Shown: positions 38,416 through 49,542, counted from the first letter of the stretch. The stretch: 64,000 nt of DNA from an uncultured delta proteobacterium (GCA_963788205.1 CAWBGG010000003.1:21083-85082), one strand, 5' to 3'. The notes: generated from the letters alone by a model not told the origin. Numbers and translations are program-made.

Positions 38416-40989
38416 GTGCCGGTCAAAAACTCACCGCTCATCGCTCAGTACCTGCGCGTCAAGCAGAGCGTGCCCGACGCGATCCTGTTTTTCCGCCTCG
38501 GCGACTTTTACGAGATGTTCTTTGAAGACGCCGAGATCGGCTCGCGAATCCTCGATATCCAGCTTACCTCGCGCTCCAAAGACGGCGTGCCGCTGGCCGG
38601 CGTCCCGCATCATTCGGTCGAACCCTATATCGCCAAGCTCCTGAAAGCCGGGATGAAGGTCGCGATTTGCGAGCAGGCCGGCCCCGACACCGCCGCCAAG
38701 GGTCTGATGGCGCGCGAGATTGTGCGCGTGATCACGCCGGGGACCGTCGGCGAAGAAACTGTGCTGGCCGCCGGCGAGAAGAACTTCCTGTGCTCGGTCG
38801 CTCCCGACGGCGAAGGTTACGCGCTCGCCGCGCTCGACGTTTCGACCGGCGAATTCATCGCGGCGCGAATCGCCGGGCTCTCTAACCTGCGCGAGGAGAT
38901 CTCGCGCCTGCAACCGCGCGAAATCATCGTGCCCGCCGAGGCTGAGAAGCTGGCCGACGTGCTCGCCGGGCTCGGTGGTCCGATCACGCAGCTCGACACG
39001 GCCGCGATCGCCGCCGGACGCGAGACGCTCGCGCGCCGCCTGGGCTGCGACGCCAACCTGATCGATACCGCCGGCCAGGCGCTCGGCGCCGCCGCGGGCG
39101 CCGCGCTGCATTACGTCGAGCAGACCTTCGGCCGCGAGCTGGCCCACCTTCGGCCGCTGCGCCTGTATCGCGCCGCCGAATACATGCGGGTCGACGAGAC
39201 CAGCCGGCGTCATCTGGAGCTGGTTATATCGAGCGACGGCGAGAAGAAGGGCACGCTGCTTTTCGTGCTGGACGAATCCGCGACGCCGATCGGCACGCGC
39301 ACGATCGGCCAGTGGATCGTCTATCCGCTGCTCGACCGCGCCCTGATCGCGGCCCGCCACGACGCCGTGGAGGAATTCCTCGAGGCTGATTTGGGCGGCG
39401 ACGCCGACGCCGCGATGCGCCGGATCGGCGATTTGGAACGCCTGGCCGGCAGGATCGGCAGCATGCGCGCCTCACCGCGCGACTGCCTCAAGCTCTCTCA
39501 GGCGCTCGACGCGGTCGCGACGTTGAAGCAGTCGCTCACGAGCTGCAAGAGCGCGCTGGTGCGCGAGCTGGCCGCGCGGCTTGATCCCGAGCCCGAGCTT
39601 TCGCGAATCATCAGCGCCACGCTCACCGACGAACCGCCGCAGAGCGCGCGCGACGGCAACGTAATCCGCAACGGCTTTGACCCCTCGATCGACGAGCTGC
39701 GCTCGCTGGCCAGCGGGGCGCGCGGCGTGATCGCCAGGCTCGAAGCACGCGAGCGCGATCGCAGCCAAATCCCGTCGTTGAAAGTCCGCTTCAACCAAAT
39801 CTTCGGCTACTACATCGAGGTGACCAAGCCGCATCTCGATCGCGTCCCGCCCGATTACGAGCGCAAGCAGACCCTGGTCGGTGCGGAGCGCTTCACCACG
39901 CCGGAGCTCAAGGAGCTCGAGCGCAAGATTCTCGGCGCCGAGTCCGGCCTGAAAGAATTGGAGCTCCAGCTTTTCACCAAACTCCAGCGCGACCTCAATG
40001 CGCATACCGCCACGATTGTCGCGACCGCGGCCGCGGTGGGCGAATTGGACGCGCTGATCGCGCTGGCCAAAGTCGCGGGGCGGCGCGGCTACGTGCGCCC
40101 AGTGATCGACGGCGGAGCCGGGCTGTCGATCCGCGACGGACGCCATCCGGTGCTCGAGGCCGGGATGAAGCGCGGCGAGTTCGTGCCCAACGACTTGGAG
40201 ACCGACCCGGACACGCGCCAGTTGCTCCTGATCACCGGGCCGAACATGGCGGGCAAATCGACCTATCTCCGGCAGGTCGCGCTGATCGTGATCATGGCGC
40301 AGATGGGCAGCTTCGTGCCCGCCACCGCGGCGACGATGGGAATCGTCGACCGTGTCCAGACCCGAATCGGCGCGCGCGACGAGCTGCGGCGCGGCGAATC
40401 GACCTTCATGGTCGAGATGCGCGAGACGGCGAACCTGCTCGCCGACCTCACGCCGCGCAGCCTGTTGCTGCTCGACGAAGTCGGCCGCGGCACCAGCACC
40501 TTCGACGGCCTGGCGATCGCGTGGGCGGTCGCCGAATACCTGCACGAATCGACCCGCGCCAAGGTGCTGTTCGCGACCCATTTTCACGAGCTGACCGATC
40601 TTGTGCGCGAATGCCGGCGAGTGAAAAATCTTTCGATGGCGGTGCGGGAGTGGGGTGGCGAGGTCTTGTTCTTAAGACGCGTGGTCGAGGCCGCGGCCAG
40701 CCGCAGCTATGGAATCGAGGTCGCGCGGCTCGCCGGCCTGCCCTCGAGCGTTGTCGAACGCGCGCGTCAGATTCTGCGCAACCTCGAACAGGGTGAGCTC
40801 GACGAAGCCGGGATGCCGCGCCTGGCGCACGCGCCGGAACCAGGTGGCGCCGCGCAGATGGGGCTCTTCACGCCGTCTGAGCGGCGCGTGATCGACGAGC
40901 TTGCGATCGTGGATGTCGATCGCCTCACGCCGATCGATGCGCTGGGAATCCTCGCCAGGTTGAAGACCCGATTGCGCGGCGAGAGTTGA
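38416..40989 (+). CDS. mutS: DNA mismatch repair protein MutS
   Basis: GDFYEMFFEDA, TGPNMAGKST, STFMVEM, DEVGRGTST, FATHFHEL. Confidence 0.98.
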   Translation: MPVKNSPLIAQYLRVKQSVPDAILFFRLGDFYEMFFEDAEIGSRILDIQLTSRSKDGVPLAGVPHHSVEPYIAKLLKAGMKVAICEQAGPDTAAKGLMAREIVRVITPGTVGEETVLAAGEKNFLCSVAPDGEGYALAALDVSTGEFIAARIAGLSNLREEISRLQPREIIVPAEAEKLADVLAGLGGPITQLDTAAIAAGRETLARRLGCDANLIDTAGQALGAAAGAALHYVEQTFGRELAHLRPLRLYRAAEYMRVDETSRRHLELVISSDGEKKGTLLFVLDESATPIGTRTIGQWIVYPLLDRALIAARHDAVEEFLEADLGGDADAAMRRIGDLERLAGRIGSMRASPRDCLKLSQALDAVATLKQSLTSCKSALVRELAARLDPEPELSRIISATLTDEPPQSARDGNVIRNGFDPSIDELRSLASGARGVIARLEARERDRSQIPSLKVRFNQIFGYYIEVTKPHLDRVPPDYERKQTLVGAERFTTPELKELERKILGAESGLKELELQLFTKLQRDLNAHTATIVATAAAVGELDALIALAKVAGRRGYVRPVIDGGAGLSIRDGRHPVLEAGMKRGEFVPNDLETDPDTRQLLLITGPNMAGKSTYLRQVALIVIMAQMGSFVPATAATMGIVDRVQTRIGARDELRRGESTFMVEMRETANLLADLTPRSLLLLDEVGRGTSTFDGLAIAWAVAEYLHESTRAKVLFATHFHELTDLVRECRRVKNLSMAVREWGGEVLFLRRVVEAAASRSYGIEVARLAGLPSSVVERARQILRNLEQGELDEAGMPRLAHAPEPGGAAQMGLFTPSERRVIDELAIVDVDRLTPIDALGILARLKTRLRGES

Positions 40990-42312
40990 ACGGCCCCCGA
41001 TCGCGAACCGGGAAAGTGTGGCGGATGAGCGGGATGTGGTCGAAATCGGGCGCCAGCGCGGCAGCAGCGTTCTGCGCCGTGCTAATCGCGTTGGGTTCGT
41101 CAGCCTTCGGCGCGGCTGCGGCGGTAATCACCACCGTGAGCGCCGAACGCCGCGGCGACGTGGTTGAAATCCACTTCAAACTCATCGGCGCGCCGAAGCT
41201 GCGCCTGACCGGACGCGGCAATCAGCTCACGATCGATCTCGGCCGCACCCGGCTCGAAATCCCGCCGCGTCCGCTATTCGGCAATGAGCCTGCGCCGCTC
41301 GCTTCGCTGCGAGCGATCGAAAATCCCGGCGGCGATTCGGAACTGATTATCGAGGTCAGCGGCAAGACCGACTACGCACTCGCCCAGCCTCCCGGCGAGA
41401 TCCTGATTCGCCTGGCGGCCCGCGGGAAAGGTTGGCAACCTCGATGCGCCGCTGAGCGTGGCGCGCCCGCCGGGGGCTGTGCTCGAACGCTCCGCCGCTC
41501 CGCGCCCGGTCGCGAATCCCGTCGCACCTGCCGACACCGCGGCCAACGCGGACATTCGCAGCGCCGCCATCCGCGACTCCGGGCTTGAACGGGTTGCGGG
41601 ACCCGCGCGAGTCGTGATCGATCCCGGCCATGGCGGTCACGATCCGGGCGCTCGCGATGCGAGCGGTCGCATTGCCGAGAAGGATTTGGCGCTCGCGATC
41701 TCGCTCCTGCTGGCGCACGCGCTGGAGGCTCGCGGCGTGAGCGTCGCGATGACGCGCGAGACCGATACCTTTCTGACGCTGCCCGAGCGCACGCGGCTGG
41801 CCGATCGCGACGATGCCGACCTGTTCGTCTCGATCCATCTGAACTCCAGCCCCAACCCGCGCACCAGCGGAATCGAGGTTTACTACCTCAACAACACCAC
41901 CGACCGTGCGGCGCTACGGCTGGCCAAGATTGAAAACATGGCGGGGAACGGGGCGGCAAACGGCTATGGCGCACAAGGGCAAGCCAACTTAAACTACATT
42001 TTGAGTGATTTGCGTCAGAACTATAAGGCCGGCGAGTCGGCCTCGCTGGCGCGCGTGATCGATTCGCAAACGGTGGCCGAATTGAACGACGCCTTTAGGC
42101 TTCAGGTGAACCCGCTCGGCGCGAAAATGGGGCCGTTCTATGTCCTGGTCGGTGCGCATATGCCCGCGGTGCTGGTCGAATGCGGCTTTCTGTCGAATCC
42201 CATCGAAGCGGCGCAGATGGCTCAGGCGACCTATCAGGAGCGGCTTGCCGACGGGATCGCCGCCGCCGTAGTCCGTTACCTCAACGCCGATCTCGCCTCG
42301 GGAAACCTGTGA
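40986..42312 (+). CDS. N-acetylmuramoyl-L-alanine amidase (Amidase_3 with AMIN-like N-terminus), frameshift near 41427
   Basis: IDPGHGGHDPGA, EKD, FVSIHLN, PAVLVECGF. Confidence 0.9.
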
Positions 42313-45062
42313 GCGAGTTTTTTTCTCCGGCCGATCAGACGGGCCCGCCCGCAATCCCGGCCGGACTGCGCGGTGAAGCGGCGCTGAGCGCAGAGCTGCA
42401 AGCCCGCCGCACGCCCGGCGCGACGGCTCGCGCCTATCTTGAAGCGGTGCGCGCGGAGTTGTTCCAGCGCCATCTGGCGGGCGCCAGCGGCACCGAAATC
42501 GTCGCCGCGTCGACCCAGGCGATGGACGACCTGGTCCGCGCGCTGTTCCGCTATGCCGATGCCGAGCACGGGCGCAAGCTCAGCCTGCCGCGCCTTAACC
42601 AGCGCGTCGCGATCATCGCGCGCGGCGGCTACGGCCGCGCGGAGCTCAACGTCCACTCGGATATCGACCTGCTTTTTCTGCATGACTGGAAAGTCGGACC
42701 GTACCTCGAGATCGTGGCTGAAACGGTGCTGAACGCGCTCTGGGATGCGGGCCTGACGGTCGGGAACGCGACCCGCAACCTGCGCGAGTGCGTCAAGATG
42801 GCGGCTGACGATCTGAAGGAAAAGACCGCGCTAATCGACTCGCGCTTTCTGGCCGGCGACGAGCGGCTGTGGGCAGAGCTCGATAAGGCGATGATCTCCG
42901 ACGTGCTTAACCGCAATCAGTTGAAGTTCTTCAAGGCCAAGCTCGAGGAAACCCGCGAGCGCCATCGCCGCTACGGCGATTCGGTCTACCTGCTCGAACC
43001 GCAGATCAAGGAAGGCGAGGGCGGCCTGCGCGACCTGCATACCGCATTGTGGCTGGCCAAGGTCAAGTACAAGGTCCATTCGCTCGAAGAGTTGGTGCAG
43101 AAGGCGGTCATCACCGAAGCCGAATGCGACGAGGTGCGCCAGGCGCGCGACTTTCTCTGGCGGGTGCGCAACTCGCTGCACTTCGCCAGCGGCCGCCATC
43201 AGGACCATCTCACCTTCGAGTACCAGGATCGGATCGCGCCGCTGATGGGCCTGGGCGAGGGAACTGCGGCTGCCGATCGGCTGATGAATTCCTACTATCA
43301 GTCGGCCAGCACGATCCTGCGCTTCTCCGAAGGGCTGATCGCGCGCGTTACCGAGGGGCCCGAGCCGGGGCGCTTTTTTCGCCGCAGCGCGCCGCGCCAG
43401 ATCCGGCCCGGGGTCGTTATCCATCAGCAATTGCTGGGCATCGCCGACCCCGCGCTCTTCAAGCGCGAGCCGCTCAACCTGCTGACGATCTTCGCCGACT
43501 GTGAGGCCCACGGCGTGGGACTTTCCGGCAGCGCCTACCAGGCCGTGCGCGATAATGTCGGCCTGATCGATGAGGCATTCCGCCGCGACCCGCGCACCGG
43601 CAAGGAACTGATGCGGATTCTTTCGGCGCCGGCGCGCGTCGCCGAGACGCTCGAGGCGATGCATCTGGCGGGCGTGCTGGGCGCGATCATTCCCGAGTTT
43701 GGCAAGCTCTACGCGCGCGTGCTCCACGACCTCTACCACATCTATACCGTCGATCGGCATTCGCTGGTCGCGGTGCGCGAGCTGGAAAAGCTCCGCGCCG
43801 GCGAGTTCAAGCAAGGCAATTCGCTGCTCACCGAGGTGGCCCGCGAGCTCGATTCGATCCCGTTGGTTTTCCTCGCGCTGCTGCTGCACGACATCGGCAA
43901 GGGCCACGGCCACGACCATCACGAACGCGGCGCCACGCTCACCGCCGAGGTCTGCCACCGGCTGGGCCTGGACGGCGAGGAGACCGACCTGGTCGTGTTC
44001 CTGGTGCGCAATCATCTGCTGATGTCGCAGGTGGCGCAGAAGGGCGATATCGACGACGACCACACGGTGGCCGAGTTCGTGCGCACCGCGGGCTCGATCG
44101 ACCGGCTGAAGGCGCTGCTGCTGCTGACCTTTGCCGACATGCGCGCGGTGGCGCCCAACGTCTACAACAACTGGCGCGACATGTTGTTGAGCGAACTCTA
44201 CATGCGATCGCTGAAGATCCTGGAGCAGGGCGACCGCGAGGCGGTTGATCCTGCGCGCCGGCTCGCGCTGGTCAAGTCCGCCGCCGCCGCGCAGCTCGCG
44301 GCCGCCGGCGCGCCCGGGCCCGAGATCGAAAAGTTCCTGGAGCTGATGCCCGACCGCTACTTTCTGATCACGCCCGAAAACGACCTCGCGCTGCACTTCG
44401 ATCTGATGCGCGCGCTGGGCGACCGCCTGACCGTGTGCCGCCATCGCCATTTCCGCGAGCGCGAGTTCAGCGAGTTCATCGTCGTAACGCGCGATCAGCC
44501 CGGCCTGTTCTCGAAGATCGCCGGCGTGCTGACCGCCAACAACCTCAACATCCTTTCCGCCCGGATCACGACCCGCACCGACGCCATCGTGATGGACGTG
44601 TTCAGGGTCGCGCACGGCAGCGGCGGCATCGCGCTGGAAGAGGAGCGCTGGCAGCGGGTCGAACGCGACCTCGATCGCGTTATCAGCGGCGAAGTCGACA
44701 TCGAGCGCCTGGTCGCCGACGCGCATGTCGCGCAGAGCTCGGGGCGCAAGTTCGTGCGCCGCCTGGCCACCGAGGTGACGGTCGATAATCGCTCCTCCGA
44801 GCAGTTCACGGTGGTCGACGTTTTCACCCAGGACCGCGTGGGACTGCTGTTCGCGATCACGCACACGCTGTTCAAGCTCGGCCTGCGGATTCATCTGGCG
44901 CGAATCTCCACCAACGCCGATCAGGCGCTGGATGTTTTTTACGTGAGCGATCGCGCCGGCAACAAGATCATCGATCTCGAACGGATGCGCGAGCTGCGCG
45001 GGGCGCTGCTCGCCAGGCTGGAGGGCGAGGCGGCGGCGGTGGTGGAGGGCACTTCGGCTTGA
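42309..45062 (+). CDS. glnD: [Protein-PII] uridylyltransferase
   Basis: GGYGR..L...SDIDL, KEGEGGLRD, HDIGKG, two ACT domains. Confidence 0.96.
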   Translation: MSEFFSPADQTGPPAIPAGLRGEAALSAELQARRTPGATARAYLEAVRAELFQRHLAGASGTEIVAASTQAMDDLVRALFRYADAEHGRKLSLPRLNQRVAIIARGGYGRAELNVHSDIDLLFLHDWKVGPYLEIVAETVLNALWDAGLTVGNATRNLRECVKMAADDLKEKTALIDSRFLAGDERLWAELDKAMISDVLNRNQLKFFKAKLEETRERHRRYGDSVYLLEPQIKEGEGGLRDLHTALWLAKVKYKVHSLEELVQKAVITEAECDEVRQARDFLWRVRNSLHFASGRHQDHLTFEYQDRIAPLMGLGEGTAAADRLMNSYYQSASTILRFSEGLIARVTEGPEPGRFFRRSAPRQIRPGVVIHQQLLGIADPALFKREPLNLLTIFADCEAHGVGLSGSAYQAVRDNVGLIDEAFRRDPRTGKELMRILSAPARVAETLEAMHLAGVLGAIIPEFGKLYARVLHDLYHIYTVDRHSLVAVRELEKLRAGEFKQGNSLLTEVARELDSIPLVFLALLLHDIGKGHGHDHHERGATLTAEVCHRLGLDGEETDLVVFLVRNHLLMSQVAQKGDIDDDHTVAEFVRTAGSIDRLKALLLLTFADMRAVAPNVYNNWRDMLLSELYMRSLKILEQGDREAVDPARRLALVKSAAAAQLAAAGAPGPEIEKFLELMPDRYFLITPENDLALHFDLMRALGDRLTVCRHRHFREREFSEFIVVTRDQPGLFSKIAGVLTANNLNILSARITTRTDAIVMDVFRVAHGSGGIALEEERWQRVERDLDRVISGEVDIERLVADAHVAQSSGRKFVRRLATEVTVDNRSSEQFTVVDVFTQDRVGLLFAITHTLFKLGLRIHLARISTNADQALDVFYVSDRAGNKIIDLERMRELRGALLARLEGEAAAVVEGTSA

Positions 45063-46018
45063 AAGCGCCGGACTGGGACGACGTCATCGAGCGCCATCTG
45101 AACCGCCGCGCGGTCGAGGGCGGCTTGGGCCGCAATTCGCGCGAAGCCTACGGGCACGATCTGCGCGAGTTCCAGACCTTTTGCCGCAAGGCCGGCGCGC
45201 AGCCCGCTACGATCGAGCCGCGCACGCTGACCGGCTATCTCGAAAGCATGGCCGAGCGGGGACTCTCGCCCGCCAGCCAGCGCCGCCATCTGGCGACTAT
45301 CCGCGGGCTTCTCCGCGATCTGGTCGAGCTCGGAATCCTCGCGCGCGACCCGTCGATCAACGTCAAGCTGCGGCCCCATCCGCGCCCCCTGCCGCGCACG
45401 ATGAGCCGCACCGATATCGAGCTGCTGCTCGAAGCGACCGACCAATCGACTCTGCGCGGGATGCGCGATCGCGCGATGCTCGAGCTGGCCTACGGATGCG
45501 GGTTGCGCGTGTCGGAGCTGGTGGGCCTTAAGCTCAACCAGATGAATCTCGCCCACGGACTGATTGTCGTGCTCGGCAAGGGTAACAAGGAGCGATTGGT
45601 GCCGATCGGCGGCGCCGCGAAACGCGCGCTCAGAGAGTATCTCCGCGAGCGCAGCCGGCCGGTCGAAAGAAAAAAACCCGCCGCGCGCGCGTCCAAGCCC
45701 AGCGACGCCGTTTTCCTGACCCGCTTGGGGCGCTCGATGACGCGGCAGGCGTTTTTCAAGTCGCTCAAGGGCTACGCCGCCAGCGATCCGCGCCTTGGAT
45801 GGATCAGTCCGCACACGCTGCGGCATTGCTTCGCCACCCACCTGCTGGAGGGCGGCGCCGACCTGCGCGCGGTGCAGGAGATGCTCGGCCACAGCGATAT
45901 CTCGACCACGCAGATCTACACCCACCTATCCAAGAGCCACCTGCGCAAAGTCCATCGGACGTTCCACCCGCGCGCCACGATCGCAAAGGCGGCGCGGCGT
46001 AACGCAGGCCTCAATTGA
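45059..46018 (+). CDS. xerD: Site-specific tyrosine recombinase XerD
   Basis: GLRVSEL, GKGNKER, SPHTLRHCFATHLLEGGADLRAVQEMLGH..ISTTQIYTH; housekeeping context. Confidence 0.88.
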   Translation: MKAPDWDDVIERHLNRRAVEGGLGRNSREAYGHDLREFQTFCRKAGAQPATIEPRTLTGYLESMAERGLSPASQRRHLATIRGLLRDLVELGILARDPSINVKLRPHPRPLPRTMSRTDIELLLEATDQSTLRGMRDRAMLELAYGCGLRVSELVGLKLNQMNLAHGLIVVLGKGNKERLVPIGGAAKRALREYLRERSRPVERKKPAARASKPSDAVFLTRLGRSMTRQAFFKSLKGYAASDPRLGWISPHTLRHCFATHLLEGGADLRAVQEMLGHSDISTTQIYTHLSKSHLRKVHRTFHPRATIAKAARRNAGLN

Positions 46019-46680
46019 ACGATCCGGGACAGTTCATTGCGGAGCTGTCGATCTGGGCGCTCCCGACGATCTTCGCGATCATCCTGCACGAAGTGATGCA
46101 TGGCGTGGTCGCGCGCGGACTCGGCGACGATACGGCGGCGCGCGCCGGCCGGCTGACGCTCAACCCGCTCTCGCATATCGATCCGTTCGGGACCGTCCTG
46201 CTGCCCGCGATGCTGCTCTTTCTGCACCTGCCGGTATTCGGCTACGCCAAGCCGGTGCCGGTAAACTTCGCGCGGCTGCGAAACGGGCGGATTGGGATGG
46301 GGATGGTGGCCGCAGCCGGCCCGCTGACCAATTTCACGCTCGCGATCCTGAGCGGGAGGGTGTGTTCGCTGGGCGTGAGTATGTATGGGCCGCCCCCGAT
46401 AGCGAGCGGCGGCCTTGGCTCGAGCGTCGCCGACCCGCTGATTCGCATGGCGGCGGCGTCGGTGATCATCAATGTGGCCTTGATGGTGTTCAATCTGTTG
46501 CCGCTGCTGCCGCTCGACGGCGGACGCGTGATGGCTGCACTCCTGCCGCTGGGAATGGCACGGGCCTACGCGCGCCTTGAACCCTACGGCTTTCTCATCC
46601 TGCTCCTCCTGCTGTATACCCATTGGGTCGGCGCGATCATCAACCCGATCATCAACACGCTCGCGCAGGCGCTATTGTGA
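46015..46680 (+). CDS. Site-2 protease (M50) family protein
   Basis: HEVMH, AAAGP..N, NLLPLLPLDG. Confidence 0.93.
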   Translation: MNDPGQFIAELSIWALPTIFAIILHEVMHGVVARGLGDDTAARAGRLTLNPLSHIDPFGTVLLPAMLLFLHLPVFGYAKPVPVNFARLRNGRIGMGMVAAAGPLTNFTLAILSGRVCSLGVSMYGPPPIASGGLGSSVADPLIRMAAASVIINVALMVFNLLPLLPLDGGRVMAALLPLGMARAYARLEPYGFLILLLLLYTHWVGAIINPIINTLAQALL

Positions 46681-47471
46681 GCGACGATACACTTGGCGAA
46701 GGCCAACCGGCTTCGGTCGCGACCGCTCTGGAAAGCGGCCTGCGCTTCCGCCTGCCCGTTTACGAGGGCCCGCTCGATCTCCTGCTCCATCTGCTCAAGA
46801 AGAACGAGCTCGATCCGCATGAGCTCGCGGCCAGCGTGATCACCGAGCAGTTCCTCGCCCATATCGAGCTGCTCGGATCGTTGAACCTCGACATCGCGGG
46901 CGAGTATCTGGTGATGTCGGCGACGCTGCTATTGATCAAGTCGTTCTCACTCCTGCCCGAACCCGCCGCGGCCGATACCGACGAAGCCGAGGACCTCAAG
47001 CGCGACCTGGTTGCACGCCTGATCGAATATCAACGCTATCGCGAGGCCGCGCAGAAGCTGGGTGAGCGTGCGATCCTGGGCCGCGACGTGTTCGTCTCGC
47101 CCGGCGAGAAGACCGCGGGCGCGCCCGAGTCCGAGGCGCCGATTCGGGTTTCGGTGTTCGAGCTGGTCGAAGCGATGGGCGCGATTCTCAAGCGAATCGG
47201 CGACAAGATCCCGCGCCAGATCACGCCGCGCGACATCCCGATCGCGCAATGTATCCCGCGCGTGCTCGCGGCCTTGGCCGATCGCGAGCGGCTTAAATTT
47301 GAGGAGCTGTTCGAGGATCTGTCCGATCGCTCATTGGTAATCGCGACCTTCATCGCGCTGCTCGAATTGTGCCGGCGCGGCGAGGTCCGCGCCTGGCAGG
47401 AGACGCGCTCGGGCCCGATTTTCCTGACCCGCGCAACGCCGCGAAGCGCCGCCACAGAGACGGCCGGCTGA
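46677..47471 (+). CDS. scpA: Segregation/condensation protein A
   Basis: YEGPLDLLLHL, FIALLEL. Confidence 0.93.
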   Translation: MSDDTLGEGQPASVATALESGLRFRLPVYEGPLDLLLHLLKKNELDPHELAASVITEQFLAHIELLGSLNLDIAGEYLVMSATLLLIKSFSLLPEPAAADTDEAEDLKRDLVARLIEYQRYREAAQKLGERAILGRDVFVSPGEKTAGAPESEAPIRVSVFELVEAMGAILKRIGDKIPRQITPRDIPIAQCIPRVLAALADRERLKFEELFEDLSDRSLVIATFIALLELCRRGEVRAWQETRSGPIFLTRATPRSAATETAG

Positions 47472-47478
47472 TTCAACT

Positions 47479-48150
47479 GTGGATGAAGAGCGTCTTAAGG
47501 CGATCCTGGAGAGCCTGCTGTTCGCGGCGGGCGAGCCGGTCTCGATCGCGCGGCTGGCTGCGGTGCTCGAAAACGTCGCGCCGAAGGACATCCGGCAAGC
47601 GCTCTCCGCGATGGCTGCGGCTTATGCCTCGGGCACGCGCGGGATGGTGCTGGAGGAAGTCGCCGGCGGCTACCAGTTGCGCACGCCCAAGGAGCACGCG
47701 CTCTACGTGCGCAAGCTGCTCGCCACAAAACCGCCCCGCCTGAGCCGCCCGCTGCTGGAGACGCTGGCAATAATCGCCTATCGCCAGCCGATAACGCGCC
47801 CGGAGATCGAGCAGTTGCGCGGCGTGGATTGCGGCGGCGTGCTCGACACTCTCATCGAGCGGCGCCTGGTCAAAATCGCCGGACGCAAGGACGCGCCGGG
47901 ACGCCCGATGGTTTACGCCACTACGCCCGAATTTCTCGAGACCTTTGGGCTCAAGGACCTGGAGCAATTGCCCGACTTGGGCGAGCTGCGCGAGATCGAC
48001 GCCGCGATCGGCGAGATGTCTTCGGTTGCGGAACCGGAAAGCGAGATCTCGCCGCAATTGGAACTGATCGACCCGATGGGCGCGGCGCCGCAGCCGGCGC
48101 CGGAGCAAGAACCGCCCGCGGACGAAAGCTCCGACGAGCCGCGCGACTAG
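47479..48150 (+). CDS. scpB: SMC-Scp complex subunit ScpB
   Basis: ETLAIIAYRQPITR.EIEQLRGV, TTPEFL..FGL. Confidence 0.95.
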   Translation: MDEERLKAILESLLFAAGEPVSIARLAAVLENVAPKDIRQALSAMAAAYASGTRGMVLEEVAGGYQLRTPKEHALYVRKLLATKPPRLSRPLLETLAIIAYRQPITRPEIEQLRGVDCGGVLDTLIERRLVKIAGRKDAPGRPMVYATTPEFLETFGLKDLEQLPDLGELREIDAAIGEMSSVAEPESEISPQLELIDPMGAAPQPAPEQEPPADESSDEPRD

Positions 48151-48358
48151 GAAACCAAACCACATCCACGCAAATCGCCAGTCCGCCGGGCCCGAGAACA
48201 CGATGCGCTTCGGACAGGAGTTGCCCGGTAGATTCGCGGTTGAGGAGATTGAGCACGTAATTTGAAACGTAGCGATCGAAGCGGCCGTCCGGCTCGCCGA
48301 TGGTTACGTTTCCATCGTACAGGCGCACTTCGGCTCGGTCGGAACCTTCCGATGTCAC
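48151..48358 (-). pseudogene. Fragment of a class I SAM-dependent methyltransferase
   Basis: DGRFDRYVSNYVLNLL...EAHRVLGPGG; motif I absent; frame runs into scpB. Confidence 0.6.
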
Positions 48359-48421
48359 GACCCGAAGAATACCTCGCGTCTCGGCGGAATGCGGCGGCCC
48401 GGCGAAGTTTGGCGGTGTCCG

Positions 48422-49135
48422 TCAGGCCAGCCAGCGGAAGGACTGCTGAATAGACGCCCGACCATTGTTCATAACGCAAATGCCATGGGCCATAATCACG
48501 CCGATGGGATCCCAGGCGAGTGTTTTGTTCAGCGCTTCCCGGGCGATGCGCCGCCGAACGAAGCTCAGGCGCCATTCCAGGGGCGCCATCCCGTACGGCT
48601 CCGTGATTCGCCACAGGCGCGCCATCGTGGTTCTCCAACCGCGCCAGCCGGGCGTGTCGCGCAAAAACTCCGGCGAGAAATTCTGGATCAGATCGGCGAA
48701 CAGCGCCGTCCGCGAGGGCCGGTGGAAAAATATGACCTCATCCATAAAGAGGCTTCCGCGAAAAACCGCCTGATCTATTTCCCGCTCCCACTCCTTGGGC
48801 GGCAGGTCGCCCAGCTCGCCGCCGAAGTCGAGGTCGCGGCGCTTGCGCGCAAGCGCCGGCAGACCCCATAGCTTCGCGCTCGGATAGGCCGCCTTCCACT
48901 CGCCCAGGAACAGGTGATGGATCTTGTTGGGTGAGGCAAGATGCGCCGGCTTGCCCAGGGCTTCCACTTCATCCCTCAATTGTGGGTCAAGATGGATTGG
49001 CGACCAGATCCACAAGCCCCCGTAGGACAGGCGCGCCATCGCCATCCGCGTCGGATACGGGAAGGAATAGAAGTCAACGACTGGACCATCGGCGATCCAT
49101 AGTCCATCGCCGAACTGCCGCAATCTGTCCGGCAT
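48422..49135 (-). CDS. DUF4336 family protein
   Basis: YPTRM..RL..GGLW..SP, SPNKIHHLFL, EVIFFH..SRT. Confidence 0.85.
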   Translation of the reverse strand: MPDRLRQFGDGLWIADGPVVDFYSFPYPTRMAMARLSYGGLWIWSPIHLDPQLRDEVEALGKPAHLASPNKIHHLFLGEWKAAYPSAKLWGLPALARKRRDLDFGGELGDLPPKEWEREIDQAVFRGSLFMDEVIFFHRPSRTALFADLIQNFSPEFLRDTPGWRGWRTTMARLWRITEPYGMAPLEWRLSFVRRRIAREALNKTLAWDPIGVIMAHGICVMNNGRASIQQSFRWLA

Positions 49136-49140
49136 CAGGC

Positions 49141-49506
49141 CTACGCGGCGGCGATCCACTCCCGGGCCTCGGATACCTGGGCGGTCGGGAAAACTCGCAG
49201 CTCTCCGGGTATCAGAAAGCGAAAAGCGCCCACCACATGCCTGATCCAGTCGACGTTGGTCACGACGGCCATCCGTTCCCAACGTGAAAGATGCTGAATT
49301 CCGATTTTGAAGTCTTCCCAATCGGCGCCCAAATCGATTCCGGCGAATTGCGAGCCCAGTTCGTAATAGAGCCGCAGCTTGGCACTTCGTTTCACTGACT
49401 TCTCTATTGCCGGTATCACAGCCTCAAGGTAGTCTTTTCTCGTCACCCGTCCCTTGGCGACCAGCCCCACTACATTGTCGGGAAGGCCCTCGATAATCTC
49501 GATCAT
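49141..49506 (-). CDS. STAS/SEC14 (SpoIIAA-like) protein
   Basis: GRVTRKDY, WERMAVVTNVDWI, AREWI. Confidence 0.88.
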   Translation of the reverse strand: MIEIIEGLPDNVVGLVAKGRVTRKDYLEAVIPAIEKSVKRSAKLRLYYELGSQFAGIDLGADWEDFKIGIQHLSRWERMAVVTNVDWIRHVVGAFRFLIPGELRVFPTAQVSEAREWIAAA

Positions 49507-49542
49507 CGCGTGTCCTCTGGTTGCTCTTCTGACAGTGCTTAT

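Noticed and set aside
42831-44894. 687-aa antisense ORF, and similar long shadows (39472..40587, 44939..45925, 61399..62880, 62833..63792)
   Set aside because: They mirror well-supported genes on the opposite strand; expected in high-GC DNA; no recognisable motifs
45059-46018. xerD as the integrase of an island or of the cassettes
   Set aside because: Canonical XerD motifs in housekeeping context; the cassette repeats do not resemble dif
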